Shown: piece by piece, positions 54,480 through 64,000 of the stretch
Layout of the letters: every line of letters starts with the position of its first letter
Numbering within the stretch: position 1 is the stretch's first letter
Assembly (NCBI GenBank): GCA_001244265.2
Contig: CDLV01000005.1
Location: 248,001-312,000 of the forward strand
DNA length: 64,000 nt
Direction of reading: 5' to 3'
Origin: Microbotryum violaceum
Taxonomy: Eukaryota
The notes under the pieces: generated by a model
What the model was told of the DNA's origin: nothing
What the model saw: only the letters and a program-made list of their open reading frames with translations
The model's database searches: none
Made by a program: the position numbers and the translations under genes

Positions 54480-57400
54480 TTATGCCGTCATGGTGAATTC
54501 GGGACTGAGCCAAGACTCGTAGGACGACTCGAACGTCGGGTCGGCGGTGATGCGCAGCGCTCGAAGCAAGACTCGGTAAGGCGTGTTGACGATAGCGGTC
54601 TGCATGGCATTGTTCGCGTCGCTGTAGGCCCCTTTCCAAAGGTATTCCGTGTCGGTCAGACTGACAAGGGTGTCGCGAGGAGCCTCGAGGTTGGTATAGA
54701 TTCGCCCCAGCGTCGGGATGGCGGAGTACAGCGTGCTTGAATCCCTCTTCAGCATAACTGGCCCAGCTCTGAGTGCATCAAAAGCAGTACGCTTCGAGCG
54801 CGGGCGGACGAGGCGGGGCATGGGATTGGTAATCGACGGGACTGTGGTATCGAACGCGGTATCGGCCGTGACAAGGTCGATGGTGACGGAGCGCGTGCCC
54901 CCAGCCAGGCGGAACAAGATGGTCACACCGTCGGCCATCGAGATGGCCTCGCCGCCTTGCGCGATGTCACCGCCCGCAAGACCGAGGAACGGGTAGAAAG
55001 CACCGATGGCTTTGTCTGTCGTGTCAAGAACTAAAGTATGGAGGGTGGCAAGAAGAGGTCAGTCTGGAGCTGACAAAAACACTTTTCTGGAAGCGGGTGT
55101 GCGAGCTTACCGGGCATGTCGATCATCTTGGCAGCAAGGCCAAAGTAAGGAACCGTATACGACTCGGTACCGACCCAAGGAAGAGCAAGTGCTTGACCAT
55201 CAACAGTGATAAATCCAGAGAAGAGGGGAAAGCGGGCGGCTTGGTCGGCCGACAACGAAGGAGGGGTAAACGTGATGGTGACGGTCGAAGTCTGGTAGCC
55301 GAAGAGTAGCAAGTTCTTCTTGTTGAAGGATGCACTTGCCGTAGCGGTGACACTTGCGGGGTCGGTTATAGGAACGATGTCTTGAGCAGCGGACTGGTTG
55401 ATAAATGGAATCCGAGGAGCGTCAGCTACGAAGGAAAGGGGTGTGTTGTCACGCGTAATAGTGGCAGCATGCAACCTACGTTCGCATAGTGGGCGACTGC
55501 CTGCGAAGCAATGGATGCCAAGCTGTACTGGACCGGATACCAGTTCCTGTTCTCAATCGTCAACGTGACGGCGTAGTTGGGGTAGGCGGTGTCATTCAAG
55601 GCGAACTGGTAAGGGCTAAGTAATGTATTCGCCGAGGCGGCGCGGGCTACGTTGATGGAACCTAGGACATCCGAACAACCAAAGTGAGCGAAATCTTGTC
55701 GCTAAAGGAGTGAAACGGGTGGCTGTCTCCAAACTTACCGCCCCCCTGAAGAAGGACGCTGTTGGGGGTCGAACCACCAATTGTCGTCGGCACGCGATTC
55801 GCCGTCGTAGCGAGTAGACTCCGGACCTGGAAAGGAGTGAGTCGCTCCGAAGAGCGCGTCGAGATGATCAACGCCATGGCACCAGCTGTGTTTGCCATGG
55901 CACAACAGCAACGAATGGAGTCAGTGTATTTGCGTGGTGAGGCTACTTCGACCATTGCATCGACGCCTTGACTCACCGACAAGTGGCGAGGCTTGACTGG
56001 TACCACGCAAGATCCCAACGCCACCGCTGGCCATAGTGACGGTCGACAAGATGTTCGAGCCCGGGGCCGACACGGAAGGCTGCCCAAACATATCAAATGT
56101 AGGCGTGTAGCTGGAGAACGAGGACGTGAGTCCACCCGAAAACTTGTCCTGGACGCCGACCACGTTGGAGCCAGCCGGCAAGAGCGACCCCGCAGGGAAG
56201 GACATTTGCAAGCCAGTCGGGTTAGCGTTAAAGTGCGACAGGAGCTGTGGACAATTCGTTTCACGTCAGATCCATAAAGTGATATGTCACGTAGCTACAT
56301 GTACATACTTGGACTCCAGCTTCGTTCGTGAGGCCGCCTACTCCCCGAGAGCCCGATGTGCCGACGGTCAACTGGGGGATCATAAAGTCGGTCGCGGTGT
56401 TGTAGATCAGCGTGACGGCGGCACCCGCCGCGGCCGTATTGTTGATCTTGTTCATGAAACCACACCCGCCACGTCGAACGACAGCGACTTTGCCGGCGAG
56501 ACTGTTGGCAGGAAGAGCGCTGCACGCATCGGTGGTCGACGCCCCCGTGGGATCGGTGAAGACGACCGGGTAGCTTCCGTTCAGAGGAAGAGGAAACGGG
56601 CTCATGTAGGCAATTGGAGCCCGGCCCCCGTTGAGTTGAGCTTGGTAAGTCGGTAGTGTTGTGGCGTCACTGAGGTTTGAGTGGGTCAAGGTCAGGTTCA
56701 CACTCGAATACAGGAGACATAGATGCGGACCACTCACGTCGAGCCGACGGAAACGCTGTTAAGCGCTGAACTAGGGTACGCTGCCTGGAAAAGTCCTTTT
56801 TGATCAAAGTTGAGGCGAGTCAGTGCGGGCTCCGGATGGCACACAGAACAGCCTTACTGAGTAACATACCTTCGTTCCCGGAATTGCCGGCACAGACGGC
56901 GACGTGAATTCCTGCATTCACGAGGGCATCAAGAACAATTTCTGAAGGCGTAACGCTCGACCAACCGACCGATCCAAAGACGGAGAGGTTGATAACCTGG
57001 CAGCCATCGCTCTGGGCGCGAAGAAGCGCTGAAAGGATGAGGTCGTCGGTCGTCTCGTCGGACAGACAGCCAAAGATGCGGTAGTGGCCAAAGTTGGCCT
57101 TGGGTGCCACACCCGTGAACCCGTACTGGTTCGCCAACGCCGAGATGATGCCCTGGACGTGGGATCCGTGATCATTGCAGCTGGAGTAAGGATCGGGGCT
57201 CTGGACGGCGTTGTTCGACGTGACGCTGAAATTATCGCCAACAAAGTCGTATCCAAACGACGTCTGGCAGCCCGGCCCAAAGCAGCCACCCAAGATCGGG
57301 TTCTTGTAATCCAAACCTCCGTCGATGACGCAAACTTTGACGCCTTGGCCAAGGCTGCCCGAGTTGTGAAGCTTGTCGACACCCGTTTGGACGTGCGGCC

Positions 57401-58176
57401 CATACTTGTCGTTGGCGTAGGGGGATTGACTGGGCAGGAAAGATCGGAGCTTTCCGAGCAGCGCACTCAGGAAGCCGTCTGCTAATTTGAGGAACGTTTG
57501 CCCCTCAGAGTCCCATGAGGCCGCGCTTGCGGGATCGAGGCGGTAAATCCGATTTCGGAAGACACGCTGCATCGATAGGGGCGCGACGTAGCATTAGCTC
57601 ACACTTCTCTCTTGCGCACCACGCATGCACGAGCACTCTCGACATACCTTGACCTGCGTCAGAGCCAGAATGTCTTCCTGTTGTACGCCATCGGCGACGG
57701 TAATAGCCGCTCCGCTGAAAGTCACGCCAGAATACTTTTTATAGATCTCGGCATCGATACCCCGGCCCGAGAGCTGTCCCAGCACGGAGGTCAAGACCTG
57801 TCCGGTGAAAATAAAAAGGCGATAGATCGTTCTCAGTTTCAGACTACTATGAAGTTCGAGGACCCATCTTGGCGGGGATTGCCGATGACCGGTGGCGATC
57901 CCGAAAAAAGTGGGGAGGTGGAGCGGGACTGCCGAGCGCTGGGTGCCGACGCGAAGCGCGCGGTGCGCGAAGGGGCGAACGCTGACGATGGACCACGACA
58001 CTCACCGTCTCGAGCGAGATCGCGCGTTTGGAGAGCGTCGCCGAAGGTTCGAGTTCGACAATGAACGAGTTGGGTACATAGGAAGCTTCATTGTTTTTGG
58101 GCGCCCGAGGGAACGCGTGGGTGAGCGTGAGCGAGAGCGACAACACGGCGAAGGCGAACAACGTGGGCCAAGCCAT
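54480..58176 (-). CDS. Secreted subtilisin-like S8 protease with PA and Fn3-like domains (C5a-peptidase/Vpr-type), copy 1
   Basis: Signal peptide MAWPTLFAFAVLSLSL. Triad VIDGGLDY / DHGSHVQGII / RGTSQASP, oxyanion AGNSG, PA domain VVRRGGCGF, LLQGGG, PLFSGFITV, YESWLSP. Confidence 0.92.
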
Positions 58177-59449
58177 GTTGAGGAAGGGTCTCATTGCGCG
58201 CTCCTGATGCGAAGGCGGAGACCGATGACGAAGGAGCGGGGGCCAGACCGGCCGGGAGGATCAGGTCGAGACTACGGAGGACGGAGTTATAGGAAGGGCA
58301 GCAACGACAGTGACGGGCAAGTAGCGGAGTGGGAGCAGGCACGCCGATACAAGTGATGTGCAAGAGGACAACAACATGGCAACCACACGAGGTCCATGCT
58401 GCGGCAAGACCCGCTGGCAAACCGAAGCCTCTGGCTGGCTGAGTTGGATGTTGAGCAGGATCGGCGTGAACTTACTCTGTACGGAAGGCAACTCGAGGAA
58501 TATATCCGAAAACAACTCTGGAACAAAAAGAAGCCTGTGGGCAAAAACGGAGACAGTGCGCAAGTTGCTTCTCCCAGGTCTGGACAAAACGAACCGTGAG
58601 GCACGGATTAGTCAGCGCCAGGCGCCGGCGGGCACGAGCAGGATCGCCGGCACGCCTTGTCGCGCCCGACGCTGGGCATACCGCGGGCTGCCACGTGGAC
58701 GAATTTGGCGGCCAAGATTAATAAGAACAAAGACGGATGTGGCAAGGAAAGCCTGCGGGTGGGTCCGGGGATCGACGATCTTAATTGCTCCAGGCGGACC
58801 TCTCCGGTCTGCAAGTGGGACCGGAAGTGTAAGGGCTATGCCTCACAGAAAGCTGCGAGGACTATTGTAGATCGAAGTCGAGGTGGTGAGAGTACTTGTA
58901 AGACGTCGTTACTAGTTTCAGCTAGAATTTAAGTGCCCAAAAGAGAGCGCCCCAGAGAGAGAAAGAGAGGGAGATAAATTTGAAGGAGGGTTTCCCTTTG
59001 AGCCCGGCCGAGGCCCGTGCGCCGCTCTCAGTCTTGGGGTGGGACACAAGCGTGGTCCGCACATCTGGAAACATGGACGACAGGACACAACAACGGTGTT
59101 ACGAAGATAGCCTCTTGATCCACAGAAGAGAAAAATGCGGAACATCAAGCGAACGACGAACCTCTCGCCTCCCGTAGGCAAGAACATGACCGAACCAGGG
59201 CCTACGAACAAAGGCGCGAAGTCGGAAGTGGGAAATCAGGAGCTCACGGATGGAGTGTTTCGCCCAGAACGAGCAACGCCGACAAGAGTACAGCCCCCTC
59301 AGACATCTCGCTATCTACCGCGCAAAGTGGTACGAATGGCAAGTCGAAGAAGCCCAGACACAACGTCGGAGGGGAGGGGGTAAGGTGCCCGCCCATGAGA
59401 TCAGGCCTCTAGCCAACGTGTCAAAGACTGACTGACTGACGGTGGCGCA

Positions 59450-60450
59450 CGGGAATCCTTCCAGAAATCTCTCTCTCTCCGATATTGCTCGAGAGAGAAG
59501 GTCTCAGAAAAGGTCCTGTGCATGGTCCATCATTCCCTCACTTGCTAAATGGCCCATCGTCTCTCGAGGTTGTTCGAGGACAACCTCTCGTGTCGCCCTC
59601 CCGTCCACTGTCCCCGATGCATACGGACCTCAAACACCTCATCCTTCTGCCAAAGGCGGTAAGCTCGTATCTATCAAAGCCCTCAACCAGGGAAACGATT
59701 TTCTGAAAGAACGTGTCGCAGGCATAACTCGTTAGAGCTTTCATGAACCGACGGTGGTAATCCTCGTCCGAATTTAAAGCTTCCTCGGAAGGTGTCCCAC
59801 CTTTTTCCTCGAGACGTGCCACTTGCGCTTTCGTTGCTCGGTTCCCCGACACCTGTCTCGTCGTCTTCGTGTTTGCTGTGGGTCGCTCAATGTCTCTGCT
59901 TTTACCCTTGGCTTTCGCCGACGTCTTCATCGCACAAAGTGTACGATCGTACAACGACGGTGCGTCGTCCCGCCTGGTGTTCAAATCATCCAGTCTGGTG
60001 TCGTCCATGTTTCCATCAGCAATATTGTCGTTCTTCCTCGTACTGGCGCGGAAGCATGCCCGCAACATAATTGCATTCGCCATGAATGTGTCGGATCGTG
60101 ACCTCAAAACTGGGACATAAACGCATACGCTCGCGCCTGCTGGTCATTGATCTCTTTGGTTGTCAAGAACCACTTCAAGTAACTGTTATCCGAAAGGACG
60201 ATCATTTTGCGTGCAATCAGGATGCTCTGGTGCTTGGGAACTCTCATAGATCCCCAGCAGTTCAATCTGATGGACGGGATAGCTCAACTGTGCTCCTGTC
60301 AGCTTTCTTGAGTGACAATAAACGGCTGCGCATTCCACCAATTGTCGGCGTACAGAACGCACGCCGACGTCAACCAATGCGGGAGTGGAGCACCGTAATT
60401 CTGAAAGTCCGTCATCGCAAGCTTTACCTTGTTGATAAACGCCTTGAACG
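59450..60450 (-). mobile_element. Degenerate Ty3/Gypsy LTR-retrotransposon pol fragment (RNase H and integrase Zn-finger region)
   Basis: Frameshifted segments HSRKLTGAQLSYPVHQIELLGIYES, SDNSYLKWFLTTKEINDQQARAYAFMSQF, EVTIRHIHGECNYVAGMLPR and REVVLEQPRETMGHLASE follow Ty3 RNase H then integrase order. Stops and frameshifts present; no LTRs found; boundaries approximate. Confidence 0.8.
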
Positions 60451-60642
60451 GAATACCCCCAATGTAGGAATTTTGACTATAACAATAGCCTTTGTGGGCG
60501 GTTGGGTAGCCACCCGGACAGCGGAGGACTCCCCTTTTGGGTGTTGCATGCGAAGTAGTTCATTATTCGTGATTGTCATAATATTCTTTTCCATGGGTGA
60601 TAATAAGTGTCTGGATGTTCAGGCCGAACCAAGAATTCTCAA

Positions 60643-63600
60643 TCAACTGCTAAACGTGAACGGAGGACTGAGCCAACTCTCCCAACTCGACTCGACTTTT
60701 GGATCGGCTGTCGTCTTGAGCGTGCTGCGAAACGAGAAGGAGCATGTCCGAGTTAGTCTCTGAGCATCCTCTCTGGTTCGAGCAAAAAGCTTACCGAAGC
60801 AAAAGCCTGTACGGGGTGGCGGTGTCGGCCTCGGCAAAAACGCCACTGATCGGTGTCGTCTGGTACTGACTCGTGAAGCTGATTTGCTGGTCAGAGAACC
60901 CGAGTCCAGTTCCCGACTCGATGGCCCAGTCTCGGGGTTGGTTATGACTACTGCTGATGCGACCAACGATCGAGGTCGATGCATAGGACTGCACAGCTCG
61001 TGTGATCAAGCCCGAGCGAGCGAGGATGTGGCTGTCTTCGGACGCGTCGACTTCGAGCGACTCGAACTCTTGCTCATACTCACTCGAGAGCGATCGGCGC
61101 CTGAGGTTCGCGTTGTTGCTGGGCAAGACCGTCGGTTTGAACGTCGTGTTGGCAAAGACCAGGTCGACGTTGTAGGCTCGGGTCGCCTCTGCGGGGTGGT
61201 ACGTGGAAAAAACTGTCAGCAATGGCTCTACATGACTGCGCGACAAGAATTACTTACGAGCAAGTCGGAAATACAGGGTGAGACCGTTGGCGATAGGGTA
61301 GTCCTTGACCCTGTTCGCTGTTTGAGCCTCATTACCGTCGGTGATGAAGGGGTACTTGAGGCCGGACTGGTAATTGTCGGCGTAGGTCGACGTCTTGTCG
61401 AGGATCTGCATGTCGCTCATGTTGCCGGCCATGCCAAAATACGGGATCTGGAATTTTTGTTTCGCGGGATCGTCGGCGGTGATGGTGATGAAACCACTGT
61501 ACATCGGGTACAAGGACAAGTACCGCTGTACGAACTTGGGTGCCTGGAACGTGATGCGAACGGTCGACGTCTGCCCCGCGGGAATCGTGATGCGTCCCGG
61601 TCGGAACGAGACACCTGCCGCTGTCTCCTCCGTAATCGCAGCAGGGTTCAACGAAGGGAGGTTCGAGCGTGCAGTGTCGTACGTGGCCCGGACCTGTGTG
61701 GGTGTGTTGGCGTAGCGATACGTGACGGCTTTGGAGTTCTTGTTGGTAATCGTAATCGTTTGCGTGTTGTTGAAGTGGGCGGTGTCGTTGAGCATGAGCT
61801 CGAAAGGCGAGATGAACGACTTGGCGGCGTAGGCCTGATCGACCTGGATCAGCCCTCCTCCTTGCAGGAGCGTGGTCGTCAGAGGCTGTGATCCCTTGCG
61901 GCTGACAGGGACGACGTTGGCTGTCGAGGCGAACAAGAAACGAACTTGCTCAGGGGTAAGCTTGTCGGACTTGCGAGCCGACAGAAGCAACGCTGCCGAT
62001 CCGGCGGCAAAAGGGGTCGCCATCGAGGTCCCACTCAGGACGCCGACCGTGCCTAGAACGATGGGAAACGTGCTGAGGATGTTGCCACCGGGTGCGGCGA
62101 AGCTCGGCTGGCCGTACATGTCGTTGGTCGGCCCGAAGTTGCTAAAGGCGCTGATTTGGCCACCGGTCTGAGTGTCGGCAGCGCCCGAAACGAGTTTGCT
62201 GTTGCTCGGAAAGGTGACACTGGGGCCCTTCTTCTTTTGAGCGAGGTAGTACTTGAGCAGCAAAAGACCATCCTCGCGTCGCAGACCGGCGACAGCGGTC
62301 AGGCCCGTGTTGTCGGCACCAAAGTAAGGCAGCGTCGGGCCGGTCGCAGAGTTGTAGATCATAGCAAAGCGAGCGCCCTTGTCGGCGGCGTACCCCATCT
62401 TGGTCGCAAAGTTGCACGTTCCTCGTTGCATGATGACGAGATAGTTGCGAAGATCCGGCGTCGACAAGGGCAGAGGGTTGCACGCATCGTCGAGGGCATT
62501 CGTATCAGTTGAAGTGAAGTAGACTTTAAGCGTCGACGAGGTGCTAAACGCGTTGGCGGCGAGGTAAGGCATCTTGGGGTAACCTCCCGTCTTGAAAACC
62601 ATGTCGTACGCAGGCAAGTTGGCGACATCGACCGAAGCGACGGCTACTCCGGTCCTCGAAGCGGCTGGGAACTCGGCAAAGAACATGCCCTCGGATTGTT
62701 CGTTACCGGCCGCACTCATTGTCACGATACCCTTGGCGTTGAGCCTTTCGACTAGTGCTTGCGTTGGCGAACCATCGAGCCACCCGACGGGCCCGCCGAG
62801 ACTCATGTTGATGACATTGGCCCTGTCCTCGGCGGCCTTGAGCAAGGCTTCGACGATCGTATCCTCGCCCGTGTTGCCAGAGCAACTAAAAACGCGGTAC
62901 ATGCCAATCGTTGCCTGAGGTGCGACACCGGTGAAGCCGTACGAGTTGGCGTTGGCGCCGATGATGCCCGTCACTGATTGGCGAATAGCGTCGTACTTGG
63001 AAAAGTCAGCTTTTGCTCAATCTGGCCACTGTATTAGGCAGCTGCTGACTGACCATGGGTACCATGATCGGAGCAGTTGGTGTACGGGTCTGGTCCAGTT
63101 GTCGTCTCATCATAATCGCCGACGAAAGCATACCCAAACGCGACCTTGCAGCCTTTGCCGAAGCAGCCGCCCAAGATGGGGTTCTTGTAATCAACACCCG
63201 TGTCCAAGATGGCGACCCTGATACCGGAGCCGAGGAAGCCCTTGCCGTGCATGACGTCAACACCCGTCATTTGGTGGGGGGACCATGTGTCATCCGTGTA
63301 TGCGTCGCGACGACTGAGTACCTTGCCTCGAGCCGAAATGTCGGTCGCCGAAGTGCCGTGACTCGTCTTTCCCTTGGCTTCGCTGGTGGTGTAGGTGACG
63401 GGTCGAGGGATACTTCGGACAGGCCAAACTTTCTGTGAAGGGAGCGATAATCAAAATCCCTTGTTTAGAGACCATATGGTGTCCTTCCTTGATTCGAAAG
63501 TCATTCACAGAATTCGAACTCACGGTGACCCCGGGGACGGCCAAAAGATCAGCGGCGGTGGTGTTTTCCGGCACGACGATACTGGCTCCCGTGAGCAGAC

Positions 63601-64000
63601 CAGGCGACTGGTACGTTTTTCTGGTTTTGGCGTCGATTCCAACATCGTTGATCTTGTTGATGACTCCCGCAATGACCTGTTGGTCATTATGAGCAAGAGG
63701 TACACAATCAGCCTCCAAGTCAACCCAGCCGCACGCCGAGCAACTATAGCCAAGTCCACCCAATCCCCTCGCGCTCGGGGTCCGGATCCGGCGATGATAC
63801 GCGAGCTTGAGCGAGCCGTCTTGAACTTTGTGAGAGCAGCAACACAAGTACGAAGGCACTAACCTCATCCGCACGCTTCCCAAGCGAGCTGCTACTTGAA
63901 CTCGAGACGGCGACGATGAAGCGACCGGGAATGATCTGGGCTCCGGAGCCTTCGATCAACTTGAATGCCGAGGTGATGGAGGCGAGCGAGCACACGACCG
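60643..64000 (-). CDS. Secreted subtilisin-like S8 protease with PA and Fn3-like domains, copy 2 (5' end runs off the window)
   Basis: VAILDTGVDY / DHGTHV / SGTSMATP triad, AAGNEQ, IMQRGTCNF, LLQGGGLIQV, YPMYSGFITI, WESWLSPPF. Confidence 0.93.

Noticed and set aside
60086-61891. Long + strand ORFs (225 aa, 335 aa) and similar antisense ORFs across the window
   Set aside because: They are shadow ORFs opposite GC-rich coding or TE sequence and carry no recognisable motifs.

Overview
Intron-rich eukaryotic DNA from a fungus. Gene content, short spliceosomal introns with CTRAC branch points and high GC suggest a basidiomycete yeast (Microbotryomycetes/Rhodotorula-like); this assignment is an inference. 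I built about 20 multi-exon protein-coding genes by hand from the ORF fragments and splice signals: DUG1, a Gti1/Pac2 (WOPR) regulator, AP-2 beta, ATP7, RPS1, RPT3, ARL1, an SOD-fold mitoribosomal protein, TAL1, an SDR, GPI2, MON1, OPI10/Hikeshi, an unknown K/E-rich protein, TRAPPC2L, VIP1, DYS1, an NCS1 permease, a CAP64/CAS3-like SGNH protein and two tandem S8-PA-Fn3 subtilases. The most notable non-coding structures are: (1) a 967-bp foldback element with ~440-bp arms and an 11-bp target-site duplication, ~110 bp upstream of the inferred RPS1 start; (2) a 64-bp TG...CA palindromic mini-element with a 5-bp TSD; (3) a ~270-nt multi-hairpin intergenic segment ending in a T7 run, a candidate ncRNA; (4) a Ty3/Gypsy relic and a FunK1 kinase relic. 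Splicing oddities include a start codon split by an intron (AT|G), five inferred GC-AG introns (three in VIP1) and tandem 7-8-nt microexons. I recognised no tRNA, rRNA or CRISPR array. Product calls come from remembered family motifs, not database searches, and exon boundaries are manual.
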